A stretch of 64,000 bases of DNA from Scyliorhinus canicula (taxonomy: Eukaryota). Location of the stretch: contig NC_052159.1 of NCBI RefSeq assembly GCF_902713615.1, positions 130,964,432-131,028,431 on the forward strand. The letters are read 5' to 3'. Below, in pieces: positions 26,701 to 39,572 of this stretch. Position 1 is the stretch's first letter. Every line of letters starts with the position of its first letter. Under the pieces are notes generated by a model that did no database searches, was not told the origin of the DNA, and saw only the letters and a program-made list of their open reading frames with translations. Position numbers and translations under genes: made by a program.

Positions 26701-28990
26701 TTAGCGATGCAAACACAGATACATTCACTCATCCACCCCAAACCTCAACAAGCTATACTAATTGGGAGTTTTCTGTGAGCTGGAGGAATTTTCTCACCGC
26801 TCCAGGGACAGGATAGTTTAAAAAAACATTGACACAGATTTCTTTAGATCTTCTTCCAAGCTAGTTGCAGCTGCTGCAGCCCCTTCAGTTCTTGTGGTCG
26901 GTTTTCAGCCAAGCGAAGCGTGTGTCAGGCAAGAGAGTAGAGCTTCTTTCAGGAGAGCAGAGTTCTTGCAGAAGGGCAGAGTTCTTGCAGGAGGGCAGAG
27001 TTCCTTTTTTTCCTTTTTCACAGTTCCACAGACTTGACTTTTTAAGGGCAAAACCCTGAATGGTTCAAACACTGACCCTCCCACAGGTGAGTTCCAGGAC
27101 AAAGGAAACCTTTCTGATTATTGACAGAATGGAAGTGATCAAGTTCCACAATCACAAGGTGTCATAGTATAATCAGTGCCCTTACGAAAAACTTGCAATA
27201 TCTCTGGTTTCTGCTGGTCTCTTGACAATGGTCGCTGGAGCCAACTTTGTTATCTCATTAAGGTATCGTGCTTCCGTCTGGCCAGGACAATAAGTGATTT
27301 GCATTTCAACTTCCCCTGGTCTCTTGATGAGATTGGACTGTTTCATGACTCATGGCCTGTTTGTCCTGATTCCGTTGTCTGCCTGATCTGCTCAAATCAA
27401 CTGGAATTTTGGTCCTTTGATGAGTTTGCTACAACTTACAGATGCCCCTTTGATACAATCAGATCCCGATCAGACTGTATCACCCAGAGACGGTATGCAA
27501 ACTCCATCAGCCTCAGAAAACCATAGTCCCAATATCCCCTTACTTCTAAACTAAAGTGGAACAAAAAAAACCAAACAAATGCATCGAACAACATTCCCCA
27601 GATAACGGTATATACATTCATGCAGGACAGTTTTTACTACAGGGTGATGTCCGCGAGTTACATTGGCAAGTGGATGCTTTAATATTTACATGGTTCGCCT
27701 GCAAGAACTCTGCCCTCCTGCAAGAACGCTGCTTTCCTGAAAGAAGCTCTACTCTCTTGCCTGACACACGCTTCGCTTGGCTGAACACCGACCACGAGAA
27801 CTGAAGGAGCAACAGCCGCAAGGACCAGATAGCTTCGAAGAAGATCTAAAGAAATTTGTGTCAACGTTTTTTTAACTATCCTGTCCTTGGATCGGTGAGT
27901 ATATTCCTCCAGCTCACAGGAAATTCCCAATTAGTATGGCATGTTGAAGTTTGGGGTGGGTGAGTGAATGTATCTGTCTTTGCGTCACTAAAGTTAATCT
28001 GAGTAAACTGTAAGAATTTTCAATGTGCCGTTTAGTCTCTTGTTTTACACTCTGGGCGCGATTCTCCCAGACAGGGAGAAATCGCAAGGCTGGCGTCAAA
28101 ACCGGGCGGGTTTGACGCCAGCCTCCCCCTCCACGACCGGGAACCGATTCTGGTCCCCGGTCGGGGCTAGTATGCCGCGGCCGTGAACTCCGGCATCGCG
28201 GGCTTAACGAATTTCGTTAAGCCCGCTTGCCAGAGTTTGCGCCGGCTGACGCGTCACATGACGTCAGCCGTGCATGCGCGGATTGGAAGACTCCAACCCG
28301 CGCATGCGCGGATGACGTCATCGCACATTTGCGCGAAACCCGCGCATGCGCGGGCCGGGATGCCCCTCAGCCGCCCCGCGAAGTGATACAGCGGGGCGGC
28401 GGAAGGACAAAGAGTGCGCGGGAATCGGACCTGCTGCCCATGATCGGTGCCCACCAATCGCGGGCCCATGGCACCCTTGGCACGGCTGTGGTACTGCCAT
28501 GCCAATCGGTGCCATGGTTTTCAAAATCGGGACTTTACGGCCGTTTTTTACGAACGGCCAGACCAGGTGTGTTTGCCGTTTGTAAAAACAGCCGTAAAGG
28601 GCTTGGACTTCGGCCCATCGGCCAGCTGAGAATCGCTGCTGGCCGTAAAAAAACGGCGGCAGCGATTCGTGTCGGGAGTCGGGCGTGGGGGGGGGGGGGG
28701 GGGGGGGAGAATAGCGGGAGGGCGTCAGACTAGCGTGGCCGTAAAAATTTACGAACCCCGCTATTCTCCGCACTGTCGTGAGTGCGGAGAATTGCGCTCA
28801 GTATTTCATAATCGGTGTGTGTGTGGGTTAATCTGAGTTCCAGAAGACTGTAGTCCTGTAGTCAAGGACCAGAAAAGGGAATCTGAGCGCTTCGAACACG
28901 CTCACTCAAGAGAGGCTACTGGTCAGGAATAAACAGTGGTCTCTCTCTCTCTCTTGTGAATTTGCACTAGTGGGGCACTTCCGGGTGACA
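26700..28990. repeat. LTR-like segments in inverted orientation (about 26700-27000 vs 27697-27992)
   Basis: About 300-bp arms alignable as reverse complements; includes a 19-bp tandem AGGGCAGAGTTCTTGCAGR. Confidence 0.8.
28054..28799. mobile_element. Harbinger-type MITE, CpG-rich
   Basis: TIRs GGGCGCGATTCTCC / GGAGAATTGCGCTC; an empty-site paralog exists at 31278-31350. Confidence 0.9.
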
Positions 28991-29034
28991 TTTCACCATC
29001 ACAGGAGAGAGACTCACACAGGCGTAGGTGGCAG

Positions 29035-31277
29035 TCAAGGTAACTGGTGTGGCATAAGGACAACCTCGCTGGTTAGGTATAAACAGTGAGACTTGCCCCC
29101 TCTCTCTTGCGAAGCTGTCACAGTGCGACACTTCCACCTTACTGTGGGTTTTGAGACCCTGCTACTCTTTCGCCTGACTGGGGTTCCCACACCAGCGATG
29201 ACCACCTCCATCTCCTCTCCTTCTGCCATTTCTGTCTCCCTGAGGCAGTTTACTATACCTGCCTGTGGAAGGCTGGAGTCAGTGTCCTTACACAGGCTTA
29301 CCGCCCTCAACACTGTCTCCTTAAACCCTTCACTCAGGCTTGCAGCCTGCACTAATGTCCCTTTAAAATTCTCATTTAACCCTTGGGATGCCTTGAGAGG
29401 GGATGCTTGGGGATTATCCGTGTGGACTATGGTGCTGGAGGCACCTGTTTCCAGCAAGTGACTCCCTACTACATCCTGCACCTCTAGCTGGGGGATCCCA
29501 CACGGGTCAGATTCTGGTGGGCACAGATAAGTGGGCTGTTTCAAGGGCAGTCATAAAGGTGTCTGAGGTATGGATACTGGTGCACCCTGGCCTGTTGCCA
29601 TGGCTACCTGTCCTGATTCTACGGCTTTCGATTGTATAAATGATAATAAATCCTTCAGATTTATCATCCCCAATTCTGGTTCCCCTAACGTGGGTGTTGG
29701 GCTTATCACTGCAGGAGCCCTCTCCTCAACTTGCTTCTTTGGGCTCTTACAATCCTTCTTGAAGTGTCCGGGCTTCCCACATCCATAGCACTCCGGCCTT
29801 TAGTCTGGGATTCTGCTGCCTTCCTGTTTCCATTACCTTCTCTTTGGGGGTGCTGGTGCAATCTCGTGCACCCTTCCCTTGGAGGGCTTCTCCTCATCCC
29901 TTTCCCCATTCCGGTATGCCAGTGTGAGCTTACGGATCACCTCATCTGAGATTGGGGTCTTGCGGGTCGAACCAATTTTCTGCCTTGGCTCTCATCCTGG
30001 GGAGACACTTAGCCACTAGGGTTTTGAGCCAGTTGGCTGCCCTCCCATCTACATTCTGCCTATCGAGGGGGACCCCGCATGCTCCCTCGCATATTGTCCA
30101 CAGCCTGTCTGCGAACATGTCTGGGGACTCTGCTACCTGTTGTTTTGTCTCCAACACCCTCACAAATGGGCTACCCTGATTTAATCCCATGGCCTCCAAA
30201 ACAGCAGTCTGTACTGCTGTCACTGTTGCAGGTCTTCCCCCTTCCCTTGAGGTCACTGCCTTGCAAAGATAGGGGTCCAAAGTCATCAGCAGCAACTTTA
30301 CCCTTTCCACCTCATCACAGTCATTTATATTGGCTGCCTACTGCACCTTATAAAGTGTAACGAGAGAGGGGTTCCCAGTCCTGGTCAATTTTGGGATGTG
30401 GGTCACCATTCTGCTTTGTGTATGTGTCCCGTGGGGAATGATAATGTCACTTTCTAGCGGCCCCCTGTCTGCCTGCCCCACTGGGGCACCATACTTGCGC
30501 TGCCTTACCGGGCACTTCTGCCCTACCTGGGGCTGCTGCCCCTGTAATTCTCCTACCTCGGGCTCTCCCACCATGATCGGTAACCTCACCCCCTGGTGTG
30601 CTACACATGGCGGATACGCCGCTAACCGACGGTGCTCTCCTGACCCCCCTTGGCCCAGTCCCTCCCCGGACAGCCCGAATCCCACCTGCCGACCCGGACA
30701 CATTACCAGCGCCTCAGGAGGCGGTCTAAACCCCTTGCCCCTGGGGAATCATCTGCTGCTTGAAGCCCTCTATCTCCTGGGGACCCTCCCGGTCCTATCA
30801 GGCAGATTCGTCCCCTTCCCTGGGACTGAGCCTCTTCCAGCTTTTTGATCCTCAGCTGACAAAGTCTGTGGTCGCTCCCACCCAGCTCACCACAGGCAAC
30901 ACTGTACGCTACTTGGAAGTCTTTGAATTTCCCCTCTAATTCTCTGTACCTTTGGGTACCTGTACATGGAGTTCTTGGAAATTTCTCTCCCTCTCCTTTG
31001 CCTCTGTTACTTGGCATTGGAGATACCCTTGGCTATTCTGGTTAGACTCATTCACCTGCTGAATGAACTGTTTGGCTTCATACAACTCCTCATAGAGTCT
31101 TCCCTCTGCCCTAGCGTTTTCCTCAGCATTTCTCTGTACTACCTTACGTTGGCTCTCCAACTCAATAATTTGATTTTCCATTTTTCCTACCTGTTGGGAC
31201 AAGCATACTAGCCAGACTGCCTTTTCCTGGTTTTTATGATGGCTCTTACTCTCTGTCCATTCCCTTGCAGCCTGTAC
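29035..31277 (-). pseudogene. Retroelement gag-protease relic (coiled-coil N-terminus, capsid-like region, CCHC knuckle, aspartic protease)
   Basis: CYGCGKPGHFKKDC at 29749-29790; LLETGASSTIV (DTG motif with D to E) near 29440-29457; several frameshifts; no RT seen. Confidence 0.8.
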
Positions 31278-31398
31278 TGCCGTTTAGTCTCTTGTTTTAC
31301 ACACAGTATTTCATAATCGGTGTGTGTGGGTTAATCTGAGTTGCAGACGATTTAATTTCTCTTGAATAAATCAATTATTTTAAAACTACCAATATTGT

Positions 31399-32121
31399 GG
31401 GCGAAATTCTCCTCCCCCCACGACGGGTGGGAGAATAGCGGGAGGGCCTTCCCGACATTTTTCCCGCCCTCCCGCTATTCTCCCACCCCCCCGCCGAAGT
31501 CCCGACCGGAATCGCTGCCGCCGTTTTTTTACGGCCGGCAGCGATTCACAGCTGTTAGATGGGCCGAAGTCCCAGCCCTTTCCGCCGTTTTCACGAACGG
31601 CAAACACACCTGGTCTTGCCGTTCGTAAAAACGGCGTCACAAACTCGCTTTTTATAACCATGGCACCGATTGGCACGGCAGTACCACGGCCGTGCCAAGG
31701 GTGCCATGGGCCCGCGATCGGTGCCCACCGATCGCGGGCAGCGGGCCCGATGCCCGCGCACTACTTGTCCTTCCGCCGCCCCGCAGTATCCATTTGCGGG
31801 GCGGCTGAGGGGCAACCCGGCCCGCGCATGCGCGGGTTTCGCGCAAAAACGCGATGAGGTCACCCGCGCATGCGCGGGTTGGAGTCTTCCAAACTGCGCA
31901 TGCGCGGCTGACGTCATATGACGCATCAGCCGGCGCTAACTCCGGTAAGCGGGCTTAACGATTTTCGTTAAGCCCGTCTTGCCGGAGCCTACGGCGTCGG
32001 GCTGCTAGCCCCGACCGGGGACCAGAATCGGTCCCCCGTCGGGAAGGGGCGCGCTGCCGTAAAACCCGCCCGGGTTTTACGGCAGCTTTACGATTTCTCC
32101 CGTTTTGGGAGAATCTCGCCC
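31399..32121. mobile_element. Harbinger-type MITE, same subfamily as 28054-28799 in opposite orientation
   Basis: TIRs GGGCGAAATTCTCC / GGAGAATCTCGCCC; TSD TGT. Confidence 0.92.
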
Positions 32122-34531
32122 TGTGGTTCTCACCTTCCTTTCACTGTCAGCTCTGGTCAAGTCACAATAATTGCCAGGACATAATCCCGTAGTCAAGGAC
32201 CGGAAAAGGGCAGCCTTGGAACAGGTCCTGGTTTGAAACACATATTTGAGAAGAGAGCAGCAGAACTGTGTTCCTATGTGATTATACAATTAATATGGGA
32301 CGAGAGCTGAAGACAGGAAAGGCAATGATTTGTGGGTTGGACAAGCCAGTTTGAGTGTTGCCAGACTGTCTACAGAAATGGATGAAAAAAGACTGGTGGA
32401 TTCTGTGCCATCAGGATTATCGTGACTCAAGTTAGAGAGAATTTGTGGACTTGCGCCTTGTTGGTAGTACTCATGTCCGGGTACCTTGGATATAATATGA
32501 TTGCTGGTGAATGTGATTCAAGGGCCAAAACGATTGAGTGGAAAGTGAGAGATCCAACATCATGAAGGTGAGTTGGAAAGACTGAAATTGCATATGGCAG
32601 GACATAATGCAAGTGGCTGTAACCACAAGAGGTGTGTTTTTTGTTTGACCAATTATTTGAGTTAGATACACATTCTTTTTTTAAATCTCCTTCACCTGTT
32701 AATTAATATTCAAATTTTGTTGATTTTAGTTGGTACAGTAACGTTTTTCAAATAGTGCAATATTGTCCTGCAGTTTGTGAAGGAATATAAATGATGAGGC
32801 GGAATATAGATATTGAGGTAAAATTCAGATATAATTAGGGCATTACATTTTAGTTAATACAAATGAATTAAATAAATAGAAAAAAGGTTAAACATTCACC
32901 CACAGGGACATCATGGATCCTTGACTTAAAACATATATTCGTCACAGAATGATTTAAGAATTGTTGGAATTTCTGTCAGAGCTTTTTCAAATATAGTTAC
33001 TAGCCACACACTGTTACAGAAAAACAAAGTTTTATCTAGTTCATAATCGTAATAATGTAGTTTTTCGCAAAAGTATGGTTAAAAGGGTATGAGCACTCAT
33101 CCATATCAGTTTTGAATGTAACCTGGCAACATTAATTTTTTTAAATTTGAAGAAGGAATTTGTTAGAAACTTGATACTAGGTGTTATCAACAAGAGAATG
33201 GATTCTCTGTCACCATTGAACGACCTGATCGTAAACAAAACTGAGACTGTCATTCTTATCAAAGTTTGGAAAGACCTTTTAAGAATGAGATATAATTCTA
33301 ATTCCAAGTAAACAGGAGTTATGGGGATTGTTAGTCCAGGGCATTACAAACATGTTTGACGAGATAAAACTCACAAAATCATAGCGAGAGTTTTTAACAA
33401 TTAAATAATTTGCGAATGATAGTGAATCGTATAACCTTCGAAGGATAATGAGAAGAGGTTGAACCTACACAGAGAAAGCAATATGCACATTTCTAGAAAC
33501 TGGCTGAAATTTTCCAGCACAAAGATAAGTGCTTCACTGTTGAAAGCTCAGAAATGCTGAAATCCTCAATCAATGCTTTTCAAGGTAAAAGTCACAATTG
33601 CACAGTCAGATACACCTACCCCTAAATGAGAACAAGTGTTTTGTTAAGCAGGTCACTGGCTACACGGGGATTTAAGGTAAAATCTTTCTTTACATTATGA
33701 TGGCTATTTTTGACTGTGACATTGTAGAGATTTAACTTTTGGATTCTATATCACACATCAATTGTTTTCCATCCTTTATAAGCTGTAATGTTGCGATGTA
33801 CTTAACCACTTAAAGTGTATTGCATTTGATTTTTAAAAGACGCTTAGATAACCTAGTAAAACATAAAGTCTCACATAGCATTCTGTGCACAACTTTGAAG
33901 ATCGCCTATTTGTATATTCCTGAGTGGCAAGATACATTCTTGAAGAGAGACCCCTGGATCCATATCAAACCCAGGATATGTATAACCTGCCGAATGCCAT
34001 TTAAAGATATCTATCTGGAAGATATTAACTGTTCTTAAGGAAGAGATGGATCATTTCTTCAGAAGCATGTGTCTGTGAGAGCTGACTGGTCTGACGAGTG
34101 TCATGGTCATTCTTTACTTTTTAAATAATGATAGATCACTACGATAATCATATCAAGTTGAGAGCTGATTCATGCTCAGAACATCGAGGTGAGAACCTGG
34201 TACACTCGAATTTCAGTTGGTTTGTTACAGCAATGTTTTAAAAGTGAAACAACTGGCATCATCGGGATTTAAAAGTGAAAAATTGGCATCATGGGGATTT
34301 CTTTCTTTTTTTAAATTATCATGACGCCAATGATGGAACATTGAATTCTAACCTTAACCCCTGTTATGTGGAGCTGTTTCAAATCAGTAGAACTTCTTTG
34401 ATAATTGGTTGCTCTCATTTAAGTTTCGAGCAGTCTGTTCTCACAGACAATTGTTTGACTCTGAAGAGATGATTTACCTCTCCCTCAAGGACAGCAATTA
34501 ACTTCTTTCAGCTAGCCATATCTCTGGACAT

Positions 34532-35690
34532 TGTAAAAGCCCTTCCTGTTTATTTTGTTTGTTCCTATTTCTTTTATTTCATTAGTTTTGGTCCATGAGC
34601 CCATAATTGGAATGTGCCTTTAAGCAGAACACTCAAACTGAAGCAGCCTGATTGTCAGAACAGTGCGTTCCAGGTTTTGTATTTTGGAGAGGAGAAACAA
34701 GACTCTTCGGTGTTGAGTGAATCTTAGGAGCTGGTTTTGGAGATAGTCGGTTCGATTGGCTAACTGGCAAACAAGGAGCGGGCTAAGAACTGTGTTCTGC
34801 GTGACAATAGTCACTGGTTGGTTCCTGCGTGATGCTTTCTGAGAGAACTTGGCAGAAGTGTTTAGACCTTGAAAGGAGAAGGAACGCTCTCTCTCTCACT
34901 TGCTGAAGCTAAGCCCTGCTTTATTGTTCCATAATCAGTGAATGCCTGGCACATCTTTACTGTAAACTTTCCCACAGCTGCAAGACTCCTCAACTACTCC
35001 CCCTCGGACTGATCTGTTCCCTGTAAGAACACTATTCACGACGCCCTATGCTGCTCCTGCTCATGTATTTGCTTTCTTTGGCCCCTTGTTCTGCATTGTA
35101 ACCAATCACTGTCTGTCAACATACCATTTGTCAATGTACTCTGTTGATTATTCTTTTGTCCGCGATGTAAGTACTGTCTACATTCCCTCAGCCGGAGAAA
35201 AATACTTTTCACTTACATGTGACAATAAATCAAATCAAAATGATCCTGAATCAGAGAAAGTAGACAACATTGCTAGAGAAAATAATTTGAAGCCTGGAAG
35301 GAAGAAGTACCAAAACAAAACCTGAATTTAAGAAAGACATTATCTGGAAGTCATCCGAGTGCAACAAAAATCCTTTTCCTTTTATTTTATTAATATTTTC
35401 TTGACCTTTCAACCACCCATTCCCCTCTGTGTTGTTTGTCTGTCTGTGTGTGGAGAGTGGGGCGAGTTAGGAAGGGTATTAGATAGTCAGTTACATTTTT
35501 CTGTCAGTTTTGTTATAATACTGTACATAATAAAAGGTTACTTGTGTTAAAGTTACAAATCTGGAAACTGCAGTTTACTGGGCTCAGCCAAGGACCTCAG
35601 GTATTTTAAATAAAATCTAGTTTTACCTGTGTTGTCGCTGTGGGTCAAGTGGGGTTAGAATTGACCGTGCACTAGCCCCATATGTCATAA
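34532..35690 (+). mobile_element. Probable long solo LTR with a nested LINE tail (about 34965-35240)
   Basis: TG start, CT-rich R-like tract, AATAAA signals; the insert ends in CAAAT repeats. Confidence 0.45.
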
Positions 35691-35985
35691 TGATCTTTAT
35701 TGTCACAAGTAGGCTTACATTAACATTGCAATGAAGTTACTGTGAAAGGCCCCTCGTCGCCACATTCCGGCGCCTGTTCGGGTACACTGAGGGAGAATTC
35801 AGAATGCCCAAATTACCTAACAGCACGTCTTTTGGGACTTGTGGGAGGAAACCAGAGGACCCGGAGGAAACCCATGCAGACACAGGGAGAAGATGCAGAC
35901 TCCGCACAGACAGTGACCCAAACCGGGAATCGAAACCGAGTGCTGTGAAGCAACAATGCTAACCACTGTGCGGCCATGCCACCCG
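35690..35985 (-). mobile_element. V-SINE with alternative tail (uninterrupted)
   Basis: Head, V-domain and TGTGGCGAC tail. Confidence 0.88.
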
Positions 35986-37154
35986 TGCCATGACCACATG
36001 GTAACAGTATCCATTGAATAGGCATCTTCTATTGCTCGGCATAATTATCACAAACAACTGTTGTTTTATCGTCAAAACAGCTACAAAGAACAATGGCAAT
36101 TTTTCTTCATCTTGCAAAATAATTTTTCTGCCCATTTCCCCACCTCCCTCTAACCCACTTGGCACCGTGGGTAGTTAAAGACTCCCAAAATACAACCTTA
36201 CTCTATACTTTGGCTGAAACCAACAATTGCTATACTGAGCTAACAGCTTCCTTTAAAACCTGGTTGATGTTACCAAGGCCCGCAGTTCCATCATTCGAAA
36301 TACGTGTTATGTGATTTTACCATTCATTGGGGATAATAAATAATCAGTGCACTCAAGAATCATGCAGTGCAGTCGATGATAGAGCTTTATCCATCAGAGA
36401 AGAATGTTTGCTGCCCCATGTTGGTGACCTGGGCAACTGGTCCTGATGGGAAAACCTATTCATCCTTTTGACACCAAGTTGGTGGAATAACATGCTGTCA
36501 TTGACTTTGTGAACATACTTCTTTTATCATTGAGGCTTGAAGACTACTGTTAATGAATGTAGGCAGTTTAATAAGGGAATATCTTTGCAAGTGTTGATGC
36601 TTTTAATTTTGCTACCCTACAGGGTGTGGAGCACAGAGTGATCAGGGAACCTTCATAAACAAAGTGCAAAAGTCAGGAAATTGATGCAAATGGAAATTCA
36701 ATGTAGAAGGGGGAGGAGATCCAGCTTTTTTGTTATTTTATTTAACCTCTAGGAGCTGGCGAGTGTTTTGCTTTTGTCTTCCTACCTGTCTGGACGAGAC
36801 CAAAGGCTTTAGGGTGGACAAGCAAAATCACAATGGCACCATTTTTCAGGACCCATTCAAATCAAGGGAGCGAAAAGGAATCTGGTAGAGATAGGAACCT
36901 GTATAGATAGGGAGATAAATACTGTTCTCTAAAACCAGAAACAGAATTCTGAAAGCTGTGTTGCATTCCCAGTGCCAGGGTTAAAGACATCACTTTGTGG
37001 ATCCATTTCTTGTGGCCCAGATAGGAACCAACAAAACAGGTATAACTCGGAATGATGTCCAGCTGAGAGACTTTGTGCAGCTAGGATCCAAAATAAAATC
37101 CAGATGTTCAAAGGTAATATTTTCAGGATTGTTAACCGAATCACACGCCAATTG

Positions 37155-38155
37155 TGAATAATAATAATCTTTATTGTCACAAGTCGGCTTACAGTAACGC
37201 TGCAATGTAGTTACTGTGAAAAGCCCCCAGTCGCCACATTCCGGTGCCTGTTTGGGTACACAGAGGGAGCATTCAGAATGTCCAAATTACCTAACAGCAT
37301 GGGCGGAATTCTCCGCTCCCCACGCAGCCTGGGAGAATCGTGGGAGGGCCTCCCAACACTTTTTACGCCCTCCTGGCGCCCCCAGCGATTCTGTCCCCCC
37401 CCCCCCCCCCCCCCCCGGCTCAGAAATATCGGCACTCGCCATTTTTCAGGGCGAACGGCGATTCTCCGAGCCCGATGGGCCGACCCTTCATGCCTGTCTC
37501 ACCACGGCAGCAACCACACCTAGTCGCTGCATTCCAAATGGGCGCCAGATGCCCGTTTGGGGCATCCAGGGGCCCGATTGGGACGAGAGCACCGCGCCTG
37601 TGCTAGGGAGGGGACAGGCCCGCGATTGGCGCCCCCCGATCGTCGGGCCAGCATCCAAAATGGACGCACTCTTTGCCCTCCGCCGCCCGGCAAGATCAAG
37701 CCGCCACGTCTTGCCGGGCATGCGTGGTTCACGCCGTCTGCGCGATGAAGTAATCCGCGCATGCGCGGGTTGGAACCGTCAACCCGCGCATGCGCGGATG
37801 ACCTCACAAATGCGCCGTTTTGCGCGTCATTTCCGGCGCGACGAGGTCGCGGCCGTGAAAGACGGAGGCCCGCTCCTAGCCCCGGGTGGGGGTGAATTAG
37901 GTGCGGGGAGCGGGCCCCAAGGCCGTCGTGAACCTCGGCCGATTTCACGACGGCCATCCCGATTTATATCGGGAGCGGAGAATACCACCCCACATCTTTC
38001 GGTACATGTGGGAGGAAACCGGAGCACCCAGAGGAAACCTACGCAGACACAGGAAGAACGTGCAGACTCCGCAGAGACAGTTACCTGAGCTGGAGATCAA
38101 TCCTGGGGTCCTGGTGCTGTGAAGCAACAATGCTAACCACTGTGCTACCGTGCCG
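37155..38155 (-). mobile_element. V-SINE with alternative tail, split by a MITE
   Basis: Tail 37155-37300, body 37991-38155. Confidence 0.85.
37301..37990. mobile_element. Harbinger-type MITE
   Basis: TIRs GGGCGGAATTCTCCGCTCCC / GGGAGCGGAGAATACCACCC; TSD CAT/CAC. Confidence 0.9.
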
Positions 38156-38159
38156 ACCG

Positions 38160-38640
38160 GTTCAAGAATGCCAAGCAGAATAAAGAGTGCTTCTGGCTCA
38201 AAGAGTTATGTCGGAAGAAGGAATTTTATTTCCTGGGACATTGGCACCAGTACTGGGGAAAGAGGAAGCTGTTCTGTTGGAATATGTTGAACTTAAACAG
38301 GACTGGTGAGTTGTCTAACTGGAGGCTTTAACTTAACAGTGGTGGGGGTAACGGTGGTCAGATGAAGTGAGGTTCCGAAATCTAAAATGAAACATCAAAC
38401 AATGAAGCATTGGAGTGATTTGGGTAAAGGCAAGTTGATTGAGATGGGAAGGGAGTGAGATTTTATGAGAACAATGTGCTGTGGAATCAATGAGGGATAA
38501 AGCTATTTTAGATCTAGTATTGTGCCTTGAGGCAGGCTTAGTGAGTAATCTCATAGCGAGAGATCTGCTGGGAAATAATTATCATAATAAACTGAATCCA
38601 ATTTTAAGTTTGAAAGTGACAAAATCCTGCCTCAAATATT
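38160..38640 (+). mobile_element. CR1 ORF1 (esterase-like) and ORF2 remnants
   Basis: FYFLGHWHQYWGKRKLF resembles the CR1 ORF1 SGNH domain; AILDLVL endonuclease remnant. Confidence 0.6.
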
Positions 38641-38794
38641 GATTTTCAAAATATATTCCACACAAAAGTCCAATATGTAACATAAGGGCTCATAGGGGCG
38701 GGGGGGGGGGGGGGGGGGGGGGGGGGGAGGGAGTGGGTGGTAGTAATATATTAGTAGGGTGGAGGATTGGTTAAGAGAAAGCAAAGAATAGGGA

Positions 38795-39050
38795 TAGAAT
38801 CCCGACAGTGCAGAAGGAGGCCATTCGGCCCATCTAGTCTGAACCGACCTTCAGAAAAGGCACCCTACCAAAGCCCAAACCCCCGCCGTACCCCCACAAC
38901 CACACTTAAGGGCAATTTAGCATTGCTAATCCACCTACCTGTACATCTTTGGACTGTGGGAGGAAACTGGATCATTTGGAGGAAACACACGCAGACACGG
39001 GGAGCATGTGCAAACTTCACATAGACAGTGACCCAAGGTCAGAATCACAC
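38795..39050 (-). mobile_element. HE1-type SINE
   Basis: Match to the other copies. Confidence 0.8.
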
Positions 39051-39096
39051 TTTCAATCACTGGCTAATGTATTGCTGTGTGAAATTGAATGGAGGA

Positions 39097-39572
39097 TGTG
39101 GTGATATGCATCACTGTAAATACACAAAGGGTTAATGTAAATACATGTAGACTAGCTAGACACTAGAGGGAGCACCAGAGACATGACACACCGACACTCA
39201 AGCAATAGAACAGTTAGATAGGACACGACCAATGGGCATTCACGATACACACAGAGGTGACACGACCACAGGAGGGCATTACACCAACCCATATATAAAG
39301 GACAACACACACATGATCTTCCTCTTTCCAGTGGAGACAGTCAGTGAGTAGAGACACAGGGTTCATTCAATATCACTCCCAGCACGTGGATTGTAGCAGA
39401 CTGGTTAGTCAGTTTGAGTAGCTATAGAAGGATTAACAGTAGTGGCAAACCCGAGTAATAGAAGTGTAAATAATTTAATAAACGCGTTGAAGCTATCTCC
39501 ACATCTGAACCTTCCTTTGTCGAGTGCACCACAAGGAAGCCGCTTATGCTACGCTTAGAGCATAACAAGACA
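39097..39572 (+). mobile_element. Solo LTR (second Gypsy-type family)
   Basis: TG..CA, 5-bp TSD GAGGA, TATATAAA and AATAAA. Confidence 0.9.

Noticed and set aside
32800-34500. Short ORFs in AT-rich unique DNA
   Set aside because: No homology recognised and no consistent splice structure.
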